Below the pieces are notes generated by a model. It did not search any database, was not told the DNA's origin, and worked only from the letters and a program-made list of their open reading frames with translations. The position numbers were made by a program, and so were the translations under genes. A stretch of 64,000 bases of DNA from Heteronotia binoei (lineage: Eukaryota), in assembly GCF_032191835.1 (NCBI RefSeq), contig NC_083229.1, forward strand, positions 992,001 to 1,056,000. The letters are read 5' to 3'. Shown here piece by piece: positions 1 through 12,300 of the stretch (positions are counted from its first letter, which is position 1; the number at the start of each line of letters is the position of its first letter).

Positions 1-29
1 AGGAAGTCACGGCCCTGCTGGGCAAGTGA
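1..29 (+). CDS. EXOSC4: Last codons of upstream gene, probably exosome component 4 (..QEVTALLGK*)
   Basis: Reads ag gaa gtc acg gcc ctg ctg ggc aag tga. Resembles the EXOSC4 C-terminus (..ILLGD*) and fits EXOSC4-GPAA1-CYC1-SHARPIN-MAF1 synteny. AATAAA signals follow at ~183 and ~223. Only 9 codons visible. Confidence 0.6.
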
Positions 30-399
30 GCCCAGGCCAGCTGCAGCCCTGGGGGGGGGAGGTGGAGGCCTATCCTCCCTCCCCAGGCTGTGCCCCCACC
101 CTCTGCTTGGGGGGAACCACTGCGCTGCCACTTGATGAGGAAAAGCAGCGTGCATGCATGGAGATTTGCTATAGGTTGTTTGAATAAAATGTTGAATGAA
201 ACTGGTTTTTTACTGGTCAAAGAATAAATATTCTTCCAAAGAAAGCATGGAGTGTGGATCTATCCGTCAGTGCCAAGAGCCTGCAGGGCCTGTGGGTATT
301 GTTCGCTGAAATGCCAGAGGAGCCCTTTGTTTATTCAAGATCTTTATTAGCCACCTTTCTTCCTTACAGAGCTTAAGGCGGCTTACAAACACTTCAGAT

Positions 400-1300
400 G
401 AAATCCTGGAGACCAACGCCTATGAGGACAGGCTGGGGGACTTGGGGATGTTCAGGCTGGAGGAGAAGAGGAGGCGGGAGGGACAGGAGGGCTCCCTTAG
501 AGGAGGGCAGCAGAGGAGACGGCTCACAAGAAGGGGTCTAAATTAAGGGCAGGAAGGTGCCGGCTGGATATTAGGAAAAAACAGCTGTTCAGTCCGCTAC
601 CAGGAGAGGTGGGGAGCTTCCTTTCACGGGCAGGCTTGAAGCAGGGGCTGGACTAACCCTTGTCATGGATGCTCTAGGCCAGGGGTGTTGAACGCAGGTG
701 TTATGAGGGCCAGATCTGACATAAAAGACCTTGTCGGGCCAGGCCATGTGTGTATCTATATAAGTTTAGGTGGCAGAGATATTAACTTTATAAAGGTGAC
801 AGATTTTTTTTAAATAAAACATCCTTAAAATATTAGCACTCCTTGGTCTCAAAGGTGCTTTCTTTGTATTTCTCCCATGGGATCCAGGGAACTGGGCAAA
901 GGAAGCTCTGGCTTTTTCCTTCCTTCCCCAGGGGATGAGGGTGGGGGAGGAGTCTCAGCCAATAGAAAGAAGAAAGGCTTGGCTCAGTAGGTTTGCTGTG
1001 CAATTAAGAGAGCCTGGCAAAGCAAGCTTTGACCCCCCCCCCTTCTTCCCAAAAGTAGGAACCGCAACCAATGGAGAAAACAGAATTTTTGCTCTGTATT
1101 GCCTGTAGGATCGGGCAAGCCTGGCAAGGCAAGCTGTGATGCAGAAGGAAGTAGTTGCTCAGGAGCCTGATAGGAGCCCTCCAAGGGCCTGATTTGGCCC
1201 CTGGGCCACATGTTTGACACCCCTGCTCTAGGCTGATCCTGCATCGAGCAGGGGGTTGGACTAGATGGCCTATATAGCCCATTCCAACTCTATGATTCTA
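400..1300 (+). mobile_element. CR1 LINE 3' fragment interrupted by a hAT MITE
   Basis: Degenerate CR1 ORF2 end at 400-679; its tail resumes at 1226 (..ggggttggactagatg..ccattccaactctatgattcta). Confidence 0.7.
680..1225. mobile_element. Non-autonomous hAT element
   Basis: TIRs caggggtgttgaac / gtttgacacccctg; perfect 8-bp TSD CTCTAGGC at 672-679 and 1226-1233. Confidence 0.88.
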
Positions 1301-1610
1301 GAATGGACAAGCCACTACAGGGAAGGTCTGTTTTCTATGGACGGTTTGATGATACTTGTGTTCTACCAGTTTGCCTTTCAACAGCTTGTGTTTTGTACGG
1401 TGCTTTGTGACTATCAGCCACCTCTGAAGAGACAGAACAGGCAGATGCTCCATAAATATAGTGGTCCTGCCAAGGCAACCCCCCTCTTTACCCCCTTTCA
1501 CAGGCTGCCAGCACTGCTGGTCTGGAGATGCCTCCAGCACCCAACGGGAGAGGGCTTCTGCCGGCTCAGGCAGTGCTGGGCGGTGGGTGAAGACGCACCT
1601 CTCCCAGTCA

Positions 1611-1792
1611 ATATTCCCTCTAAGCTGCGGAGTCTTGTGAGCAAATATTCTACTTTGTGAGCTACTGGCATGAAAGTCGTGAGTTCCTACATAAATCAAT
1701 CGGCTCTGGGGCTCTCCTTGCTGAGCTGAGTCAGAGGCTAAAACACTGTGAGCTGGCTCCCAGTAACTCAGAGGGAACTGTGCTCCCCGTTC
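1611..1792. mobile_element. Short DNA-transposon-like repeat (hAT-like); relatives at ~29524-29724 and ~35561-35740
   Basis: Termini ..attccctctaagctg / cagagggaact.. and the same internal gagtcttgtgagcaaa motif at three loci. Confidence 0.6.
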
Positions 1793-1845
1793 GCCCTGGG
1801 GCCACACATCCACGACAGGCCATCGGTGCTGGTTATGGTTCTAAG

Positions 1846-2361
1846 TAGGGTTGCCAATCCCCAGGTACAGGCAGGGGATCCCCCGGTTTGGAGGCCCCCC
1901 CCCACTTCAGGGTCATCAGAAATTGGGAGGGGGGAAGGAAATGTCTGATGGGAGCTCCCTTATTCCCTATGGAGACTGATTCCCATAGGGGATAATGGAG
2001 AGTTGATCTGTGGATATCTGGGGCTCTGGGCAGGGGCCTGTTTTCTGAGGTAAAGGCACCAAATTTGCAGCATAGCATCCAGTGCCTCTCCTCAGAACAT
2101 ACTCCAGGTTTCCAAAAGACTGGACCAGGGGCTCCAGAACTCCCTTTAGAGTTCAGTTATGCTTCCACAACCTTGCTCCTGGCTCTACCCCCCCCCCCCG
2201 CCAAAAAAAGTCTCCTGCCTCCACCCCCAAAGTCTCCAGATATTTCTTGAATCCCGTGAATTTAGGGGGAGGGGTTTGTGAGTTTCCTGCCTTGTGCAGG
2301 GGGTTGGACTAGATGACCCTGGAGGTCCCTTCCCACTCTATGAAATGGACCTGGCAACCCT
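1846..2361. mobile_element. hAT (Tip100-like) non-autonomous element with TAGGGTTGCCA termini; relative at 17218-17570
   Basis: tagggttgcca at 1846 and ctggcaaccct ending 2361. Internal sequence shared in reverse with 17218-17570. Confidence 0.65.
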
Positions 2362-2371
2362 CGTTCTAAGC

Positions 2372-2504
2372 CAGGGGTGGCCAAGGGTAGCTCGCCAACG
2401 TTTTTGCCTACAACTCCCATCAGCCCCAGCCAGCACGGCCAATGCTGGGGCTGATGGGAGTCGTAGGCAAAAAACATCTGGCGAGCTGCCCTTGGCCACC
2501 CCTG
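2372..2504. mobile_element. Palindromic hAT MITE
   Basis: Near-perfect foldback (caggggtggccaaggg..cccttggccacccctg); TSD ttctaagc / ctctaagc. Confidence 0.85.
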
Positions 2505-2539
2505 CTCTAAGCCCCAGCACAGGCCAGGCCAACGGTATC

Positions 2540-3330
2540 GAATCTCAGCAGCAGGGCCCTGGGGAGCCCTCGGGTGGGAGGCCGCGTAGGGCGCCTAGGG
2601 TTGCTTTGCGGGGGGGGGGGTCGCCATAAGTTGGCTGCTGCAAGACAGGGCCAAAGCGAGCGGCCTCCAGGCTGCTGCAAGACAGAAGAAGAAGCCGGAG
2701 GGGCAACGCCGCCCCCCTCCCCCGAAAGGGCGAAAAGCCCTGCTGAAGGAGAGCAGGAAGCCCCGCCTCCGGGGAGGAGGCGCCACCACCGGCCAGGCCC
2801 TGCCCCTCGCCCCGCTGTTCTCCGGCCTGCCTCTCTTCTGTCGCCGCCGGGAAGGAAGGAGGGAGGCCGCCTTGCTGCCCGCCATGGGGCTGCTCTCGGA
2901 CCCGCACCGCCGCCGCGCCCTCGCCCGCCTCCTGCGGCGCCTCCACGCGCCTCTCTGGTGAGCCCCGGGCGGGCGGGCGGTCTTCTTCCTCCTGCTGCGG
3001 CTGCGGTGCTTACCGGCGCCCCGTCTCCCCCTTGTGTCCCCGGGCAGCGTGCTGAGCTTCGTGGCCGGGCTGGGCTGGCTGGTGGCGCTGGCCTTCCAGC
3101 CGTGCACGCTGCGCGCCTACATGTCCGAGAACGCCATGGGCTCCACCATGGTCGAGGAGCACTTCGGCTACGGCGAGCGCGCCCTCTCCTACGCCCGGGA
3201 CTTCGCCGCGCACAAGAAGAAGGCCCGGTGAGTGAGCGAGCGAGCGACGCCCCGCTGGCCGGCACAAGCGGCACTCGGAGGGAGACCGCCGCCAAGAAGA
3301 GGGGGGGGCCTCGCCTGCCTTGCAGGGTTT
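2540..3330 (+). promoter_or_regulatory. GPAA1 CpG island / promoter
   Basis: CpG-dense, with GC boxes (ccccgcctcc, gccccgcc) spanning exons 1-2. Confidence 0.75.
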
Positions 3331-6300
3331 GCAGCACGGCCTGGGCGGCCCTCTGACAGCAAGGAGGGTCCTCTGAATCTAGGGGGAGGGCTGGTGGGTT
3401 TCCTGCATGGTGCATGCAGCAGGTTGGACTAGATGACCCTGGAGGTCCCTTCCAACTCAGGAGGTGCTGGCCTCTCCTTCCTTGGAGGTTTTTCAGCAGG
3501 GGCAGGAGGCCCTCTGACAGCAGTGAGGATCCTGTGAATTTAGGGGGAGGGGGTTGTGGGTTTCCTGCATGGTGCAACGAGTTGGACTAGATGAGCCTGG
3601 AGGTCCCTTCCATCTCAGGAGGTGGTGGGCTCTCCTTCCTTGGAGGTTTCTAAACAGAGGCTAGATGGCCATCTGACAGCAATGAAGATCCTGTGGATTT
3701 AGGGGGAGGGGTTGGTGAGTTGCCTGCCTGGGGCAGGGGGTTGGACTAGATGACCCTGAAGGTCCCTTCCCACTCTAGGATTCTGTGCTTCTAACCAACA
3801 AAGCTTGATTCAGAATATGTCCACTTTCAGGTATGCATGCACACACGAGAGCTGACATTCTGAATCAAACTTTGTTGGTCTTCAAGGTGCTAGCAGACTC
3901 CGACTTTGCAGGGGGAAAGAGTTTTGCGAGGCGGCAGAGAAGCTCAGGGGCTGAAGGACTCCTTTGCTGCTGCTTCTGCCTTCCCTGGGGGAAGCAGGGG
4001 GGGGCAGGTGCCCAGGCGCTAAGCGGAGGTGGCCAGAAAGGAAAAGCAACACTGGACGGGGGGAACAGGCTGCTCCTTTGGGGAACCTTCTGGGGAAACC
4101 AGCCTGTCTCTTCAGCCTGCCTGGGAGGGCGGGTGGGGTGGGGGGGTCAGAGGGTGCACTCATGCTCCTCTCTCTGTCCCCAGGGGCATGCCGGTGGCCT
4201 GGCTGGAGAAGACCATGTGGAACCTGGGCCTGGAGGTCTACAAGCAGAGCTTTTCCCGCACGCTGCCCTTCCCCGATGAGCTGCGCGAGAGATACGTACG
4301 GGCCAAGCCTTTGTGGAGGGCCAAGGGAGATGGGTTCATGCCTAGCAGCCAGAGGGTGGCAGGGGGGAAACCAGCCCACGGCTGGAGGAGAGAGAGATGT
4401 CTGTGCCCTGCTCCCTGACCCCTCCTCTTTGCAGATGGTGAAGGGAACCAACGTCTATGGAATCCTGAGGGCCCCCCGGGCAGCCAGTACGGAGTCCTTG
4501 GTGTTGAGCGTCCCCTGCAGCGAAGGCCCCCAGAACAACCAGGCCGTGGGACTGATGCTGGCCCTGGCGTCCTACTTCCGAGGTGAGCCAGGCTGCCCTG
4601 CGGCACTTCCTGGGGCCAGGCAGCGTCTCCAGGTTCTTTGCATTTCATTTTGTGTGTCTGTTTGTGTTTTGAACACCACAACTGAGAGGTAATGTTTACA
4701 AAACTACACCCAGGGTAGAGAAGACAGAGAAAGAAGGACTTTTCACTCTTTCTCACAATACAAGAACTCCTGGCCACTCCATGAAGTTAAGGAGCTGCGG
4801 CCTTAGGCCAGGTAAAAGGAATTCCTTCTTCACCCAAAGAGTAACAGGAGGTGGGGGCAGCTACAAGCATAGGCCACTTCAAGAGGGGGTTGGAGCAGAG
4901 GTCCATGAGTGGCTATTAGCTGCAAGGTCTAGATGGAACACTGTCTGGAGCAGCGATGCTCTGTCTTCTTGGTGCTTGAGGGGTAAGGGGGGAGGGCTTC
5001 TGGAGTTCTGGCCCCACTGGTGGATCTCCTGATAGCACCCAGTTTTTTTGGCCACTGTGTGACACAGAGTGTTGGACTGGAGGAACCATTGGCCTGATCC
5101 AACATGGCTTCTCTTATGTTCTTATGTGACACAGAGTGTTGGACTGGAGGGGCCATTGGCCTGATCCAACGTGGCTTCTCTTATGTTCTTACGTGTGACT
5201 CAGAGTGCTGGACTGAAGGGGCCACTGGCCTGATCCAACATGGCTTCTCTTATGTTCTTCTGTGACACAGAGTGTTGGACTGGAGGGGCCATTGGCCTCA
5301 TCCAACAGGGCTTCTCTTATGTGACACAGAGTGTTGGACTGGAGGGGCCATTGGCCTGATCCAGCAGGGCTTCTCTTATGTTCTTATGTGACACAGAGTG
5401 TTGGACTGGAGGGGCCATTGGCCTGATCCAACAGGGCTTCTCTTATGTTCTTCTGTGACACAGAGTGTTGGACTGGAGGGGCCATTGGCCTCATCCAACA
5501 GGGCTTCTCTTATGTGACACAGAGTGTTGGACTGGAGGGGCCATTGGCCTGATCCAGCAGGGCTTCTCTTATGTTCTTATGTGACACAGAGTGTTGGACT
5601 GGAGGGGCCATTGGCCTGATCCAACAGGGCTTCTCTTATGTTCTTCTGTGACACAGAGTGTTGGACTGGAGGGGCCATTGGCCTCATCCAACAGGGCTTC
5701 TCTTATGTTCTTATGTGACACAGAGTGTTGGACTGGAGGGGCCATTGGCCTGATCCAACAGGGCTTCTCTTATGTTCTTATGTGACACAGAGTGTTGGAC
5801 TGGAGGGGCCATTGGCCTGATCCAACATGGCTTCCCTTATGTTCTTATGTGACACAGAGTGTTGGACTGCATGGGCCATTGGCCTGATCCAACATGGCTT
5901 CTCTTATGTTCTTCTGTGACACAGAGTGTTGGACTGGAGGGGCCATTGGCCTGATCCAACAGGGCTTCTCCTATGTTCTTATGTGACACAGAGTGTTGGA
6001 CTGGAGGGGCCATTGGCCTGATCCAACAGGGCTTCTCTTATGTTCTTATGTGACACAGAGTGTTGGACTGGAGGGGCCATTGGCCTGATCCAACAGGGCT
6101 TCTCTTATGTTCTTATGTGACACAGAGTGTTGGACTGGAGGGGCCACTGGCCTGATCCAACAGGGCTTCTCTTATGTTCTTATGTGACACAGAGTGTTGG
6201 ACTGGAGGGGCCACTGGCCTGATCCAACAGGGCTTCTCTTATGTTCTTATGTGACACAGAGTGTTGGACTGGAGGGGCCACTGGCCTGATCCAACAGGGC

Positions 6301-9300
6301 TTCTCTTATGTTCTTATGTGACACAGAGTGTTGGACTGGAGGGGCCACTGGCCTGATCCAACAGGGCTTCCCTTATGTTCTTATTGTGACACAGAGTGTT
6401 GGACTCGAGGGGCCACTGGCCTGATCCAACAGGGCTTCTCTTATGTTCTTATGGGACACAGAGTGTTGGACTGCATGGGCCACTGGCCTGATCCAACATG
6501 GCTTCTCTTATGTTCTTATGTGACTCAGAGGGTTGGACTGGAGGGTCCACTGGCCTGATCCAATGTGGCTTCTCTTATATCGTTAACCTCCTGTTGTTGG
6601 TTGTGGGCACGAGTCACGTGGGGCAGAGTTCAGCCTGCCTTTCTCCCCAGGTCAGATCTACTGGGCCAAGGACATCATCTTCCTGGTGAATGAGCACGAC
6701 CTCATCGGCATGGAGGCCTGGCTGGAGGCCTACCACAATGTCAATGTCACAGGTGAGCCGTGCCAGGGCGGGGCTTCCCTTCCCACAGACCCTCAACTGC
6801 TTCTGCTGGCCCCTGTGGGCTCCTGGCCTCTCTCCCGCTTTCTCCAATGCCCCTAGCAGAAGTTTGCTTGGGCTGCCTCTCACCCCAAAGCCTCACTGGC
6901 GGCAGCACAGGCAAGCTGGTTATGTCCCAAACAGGCTTCCGTCCTTGAGACGGTGCTGCAAAACCGTAGACAAGGTAAGCTATTAAAACACATTTTTAGT
7001 GTATGACCTGGGTGCGAGTCGGAGCTGCCTTTGTCAAATACAGGCAGGCCTTCAGAGGCTGGCTGATTCTCCTAGGCCACAGTGCTGACCGGAGATCTAA
7101 GAGCCAGTTTGGTATAGTGGTTAAGTGTGCGGACTCTTATCTGGAAAACCGGGTTTGATTCCCCACTCCTCAACTTGCACCTGCTGGAATGGCCTTGGGT
7201 CAGCCATAGCTCTTGCAGGATGTTGTTGAAAGGGCAGCTGCTGTGAGAGCCCTCTCAGCACCTACCTTACAGGGTGTCTGTTGTGGGGGAAGAAGGGAAA
7301 GGAGATTGTGAGCTGCTCGGAGTCTATGTCCTTGAAAGGGCAGCTTCTGGGAGAGCTCTCTCAGCCCCACCCACCTCACAGGGTGTCTTTTGTGGGGGAG
7401 GAAGGGAAAGGAAATTGTAGGCTGCTCTGAGACTCTGTCCTTGAAAGGGCAGCTTCTGGGAGAGCTCTCTCAGCCTCACCCACCTCACAGGGTGTCTGTT
7501 GTGGGAGAGGAAGGGAAAGGAGATTGTAGGCTGCTCTGAGACTCTGTCCTTGAAAGGGCAGCTTCTGGGAGAGCTCTCTCAGCCCCACCCACCTCACAGG
7601 GTGTCTGTTGTGGGGGAGGAAGGGAAAGGAGATTGTAGGCTGCTCTGAGACTCTTGTCCTTGAAAGGGCAGCTCCTGGGAGAGCTCTCTCAGCCCCACCC
7701 ACCTCACAGGGTGTCTGTTGTGGGGGAGGAAGGGAAAGGAGATTGTAGGCTGCTCTGAGACTCTGTCCTTGAAAGGGCAGCTCCTGGGAGAGCTCTCTCA
7801 GCCCCACCCACCTCACAGGGTGTCTGTTGTGGGAGAGGAAGGGAAAGGAGATTGTAGGCTGCTCTGAGACTCTTGTCCTTGAAAGGGCAGCTCCTGGGAG
7901 AGCTCTCTCAGCCCCACCCACCTCACAGGGTGTCTGTTGTGGGAGAGGAAGGGAAAGGAGATTGTAGGCTGCTCTGAGACTCTGTCCTTGAAAGGGCAGC
8001 TCCTGGGAGAGCTCTCTCAGCCCCACCCACCTCACAGGGTGTCTGTTGTGGGAGAGGAAGGGAAAGGAGATTGTAGGCTGCTCTGAGACTCTGTCCTTGA
8101 AAGGGCAGCTCCTGGGAGAGCTCTCTCAGCCCCACCCACCTCACAGGGTATCTGTTGTGGGGGGAGTAAGATAAAGGAGGTCGTGAGCTGCTCTGAGTCT
8201 CTGATTCAGAGAGAAGGGGGGGGGTCTAAATCCGCAGTCGTCTTTTTGCTAGAGCTCCAGTCGTCCGGGATGTTGGGCCGGGCGGGAGCCATCCAGGCGG
8301 CCATCTCCCTGGAGCTGAGCAGCGACGTCATCACCAGCTTCGACGTGGCCGTGGAGGGCCTGAACGGGCAGCTGCCCAACCTGGACCTGGTCAACCTCTT
8401 CTACGCCTTCTGCCAGAAAAGCAACCTGCTCTGCACCATCCAGGGGAAGGTGAGTTTTGGGGCGGGGGGATCAGGAGCCAGTTCCAGGGTGGCGGAAGGG
8501 TGCCCAGGTTGCTTGTGCAGCCCACAGGCAGAGGGCGCTGGAGAGCAGAGGAGTCCTGCTTTGCACAGGGCCGGATCCCGCCCCTCTAGCCTGCTTCTCC
8601 TCACTGCTGGGTCCCTGAGGAACTGGCTTCTTTGGCCCTTGTGGCACCGGGGGGGGGGCCCTGCTCCGTCCCCTGACCTGGCTGACTCTTTCCCGCAGCT
8701 GCAGCGCTCCGACTGGGACTCGCTGCCGGCCTACCTGCACTCCCTGCAGACCCTGCTGCTGATGGTGCTCAAGCAGGGCTCCGGCCGGCCTCAGGGGGAC
8801 CACGGCCTCTTTCTGCGCTACCACATTGAGGCCATCACCGTGCGGGGCATCAACAGTTTCCGCCAGTACAAGTACGACATGGGCGCCGTGGGCAAGTGAG
8901 TAGCCTGGCCGGGCAGTGCCCTGAGCGCAGGAAGCGGGGAAGCGCGGCGGCCGGGGTGGCGGAAGGGTGCCTGGGTGGGCGGGCGGGCAGGGGCCCTGAA
9001 GAGCTGAATGGGGTCGCGGGGGGGGGGGGGAGAGGGTGCTCCCTACTCTTTGCCTGCCTCCCCAGAACCCTGGAGGGAATGTTCCGGAAGCTGAACAACC
9101 TGTTGGAACGCCTGCACCAGTCCTACTTCTTCTACCTGCTGCCTTCCCTCTCCCGCTTCGTCTCCATCGGGGTCTACATGCCGGCCTTCGGCTTCCTCAT
9201 CCTCATTCTCGTCTTGAAGATATCCTGACTGGGGGGGGAGGGGCGGAAGGGGCTGTCCAGCTCTTGCTGCCTTTGATCCGGGGCTGGGGTGCTCTGTCAC

Positions 9301-12300
9301 ATGGCGGGGAGCCCAAAGTGGGCTTGCTGAAGCCCTGCTCCCTTGCTGCACTGGTGGCCGGCAGCCAGAGGCCCCGGGGGGGGGCTGTCCTGGAAGAGAG
9401 GGGGGGCTTGCCCCCCTCAGCAGGGAGGGCAAGGGGAGGCCTGGTTGCTGAGCCCCACTCTAGCAGCAGGGTGGGGACCCAGAGGCCCTCCAAGCGCAAG
9501 GCAGAGGGGTGCAGAGTCCTGGATGAGATGGCCACCCTCAGGCGAGCAGAAGGGCTCTGGCAGAGGCAACGTCTCTGGCTCCTCTCTCGCGGCCTCCCTG
9601 GTCCTCCCGCCTGGGCGGCTGGATGGAAAGATGTCCAGGTGCTTTTGCAGCAGAAATAAACTCGCAGCCTCGCGCCCCCCCCCCCCCCAAAAAAAGACTG
9701 GAAGGAGCTTGGGGGTGTCCCTTCTGCTCGCCAGACGCTCTGTGCAGGATGGCAGGCAGTTCCTGGCGCACCCCAGCCAGCACGGGGGCTCCACTGCCTT
9801 CGCTCTTCCAGCCGTCTCAGCAGCAAATGAATATAGGACGCTCCGTGAAGGTTTTTACTAATGCATGTACCAAAACAATTTTACACTGAACAATATTCAG
9901 TAGTAGTCTAAAAATTTTTTTTACGGAAAACTGTACAATGTTCTTCGTTTGTAAAGCTACACAAAGTCCAAGAAATTCCAAAATGGATCTGGCTGCTTCC
10001 CAAAACAGCTGTGGCTGCAAACAGACTGCTGCGTCTGTCCTCTGCTCGGAATCTCCTTCTTCAGGCGGCTCACCAAAGGGGTAAAGTATTTCAGTTGGCT
10101 GCGCTCTGTGTTTTCAGTGGATCTGGCTCACACTTCTTGGCCCCTTTACCCCTTGCAGCCACACCTGTTTTGGGAAGCAGTCCTATCTGTTTCGGAATTT
10201 CTTGGACTTCGTGTAGCTCTACAAAGAAAGAAAGAACATTGTTGTTTTCTGTAAAAACTTCTTTTGGAATACTACTGAATATTGTTTAGCATAAAATTGT
10301 TTTGGTACATGAATTAGTAAAACCCTCACGGAATGTTCTGTATTTATTTGCCTATCTATACCCATGCACTCCCTATCTTGCCAGCCATCTCAGCTGGGCT
10401 AGATCTCAGGGGAGCTCTGACACAGGGCGGGGGGCAAAGCCAGGACGCAAGGTCCCTGCCCAGCACTCTCTCAGCTGGGGCCTGAGAGCTGCAAGAGGTG
10501 TGTGAATCCTAGAGTTGGAAGGGACCTCCAGGGTCATTTAGTCCCAGTCCCCTGCACAATGCAGGAAACTCACAAACACCTCCCCCTAAAGTCACAGGAT
10601 CCACATTGTATGAAGTGGTTGGTTTCAGACTTGGTCTGCGCATTCCATCTTGGAGTCCCCTGATCCGCTCTGAAGTTTGCCGAGTGTGCAGTGAGTCTCA
10701 GCCTAACCACTTTCATGGGATTGTTGGCATCCGGGGCAGGCAAGAGAAGCATCTGTCTGCCACCGCCCCTCCCCCGGTCACGGGTCTCCTCTCCAGAGCA
10801 GAGGGGGAGGGGTCTAGTTGGCAGGTGAAGAGTTTTGTGGATCTATTTCCCTTGATTCTTCCCACGCTCTGGATCTGTGGATGAAGCTGAGTGGCTGCGA
10901 CGTGGACCCTGCTGACCAGTCTTGTGACGGAGGCCCTGTGGCAACAGAGGTGTGTGGCGGGTGGTGCGCTCTCTATGGGCAAGATTTGCTGTGACCACCA
11001 GCGGGGTCAGTCCCTGGTCTGTGTGGACCCTTCTGCCTGCATACCCCAAACGGTTGTAATGTAATGTAAAGTAAAATTTTATTTATATCCCGCCCTCCCC
11101 CGCCGGGGCAGGCTCAGGGCGGCTAACAACATTGAGGCCCTGGTGCTGTTTACTTCTGTTAAGTGACGGCCGTTCTAGTCTCAGCTGGACTGCCTGGGAG
11201 ACATGATTTGGACATGCAGGAAATGCATCCTGCAAACTGTGATTCCCTGGCTGCACTCCTGAAAGCTAGAAACTCTTTTAAAAGTGAAACCTTTGCTGTT
11301 CTTGGGGTCGCACTGGGAAAAGCAGGACACACCCAGTTTGTGTAGGGGAGAACATAGAACATAAGAGAAGCCATGTTGGATTAGGCCAGTGGCCGCTCCA
11401 GTGCCATCAAGAGGTCCACCAGTGGGGCTAGAAGCCCTCCCACTGTCCCCCCGCCCAGCACAAGAACACAGAGCATCACTGCCCCAGAGAGTTCCAACAA
11501 TAAGCTGTGGCTAATAACCACTGATGGACCTCTGCTCCATATGCTTATCCAGCCCCCTCTTGAAGCTGTTTATGCTTGCAGCCGCCACCCCAACCTGTGG
11601 CAGTGAATTCCACATGTTGATCACCCTTTGGGTGAAGGACTTCCTTTTATCCGTTCTAACTCGACTGCTCAGCCATTTCATTGACTGCCCACGAGTTCTT
11701 GTATTGTGAGAAAGGGAGAAAAGGACTTCTTTCTCTACCTTCTCCATCCCATGCAGAATCTTGTAAACCTCTATCATGTCACCCCGCAGTCAACGTTTCT
11801 TCAAGCTAAAGAGCCCCAAGCGTTTTAACCTTTCTTCATAGGGAAAGTGTTCTGACCCTTGAATAATTCTAGTTGCCCTTTTCTGCACTTTTTCCAATGC
11901 TATAATACCTTTTTTGAGTTGCGGGGACCAGAATTGTAGGTGGGAGGGGGGGGGGTTCCCTGCCTTATTTGGGGGGGGGGGGGCAGCTGCCCGGGACTCC
12001 CAAGTTGTCATCCCTTTTCTGTGAACGGAAGCTGGTGTCAGTTGCCCAAGAAAAGGGACCCAAGGTGGTGGGGGGGGGCAAGATCCCTTTCCCGCTGCCA
12101 GACTGCTCCGGTGGTGAGCGGGGCAGGGCAGAGCTGCCTGTCCCCAGAGGAGGGGTCTCCCCGCAGCCCCTGCCTGGCCTTCAGGTCTTTCTCTTCCGCA
12201 CAGGAGGCCTGGCCAAGCCTGCTGAGCCTGGTGCCCCCGCTGCTGATCTGCCACGCCACGGGCCTCGCCCTCTACTTTGTGCCCATCCTGGGGCAGCACA

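Noticed and set aside
2507-3577. Long antisense ORFs over the GPAA1, CYC1, SHARPIN and MAF1 CpG islands
   Set aside because: Low-complexity Arg/Pro/Gly/Ala frames expected from stop-poor GC-rich DNA; no recognisable domains.
5056-6580. CRISPR-like regular array
   Set aside because: No unique spacers, eukaryotic context, and the unit is a CR1 3' end.
5591-6689. Repeated short ORFs [13 protein letters not shown].. (also 34768-35506)
   Set aside because: Translation artefacts of the 67-bp array.
7376-8144. 219-aa repetitive minus-strand ORF
   Set aside because: Read through the 109-bp SINE array; no coding features.
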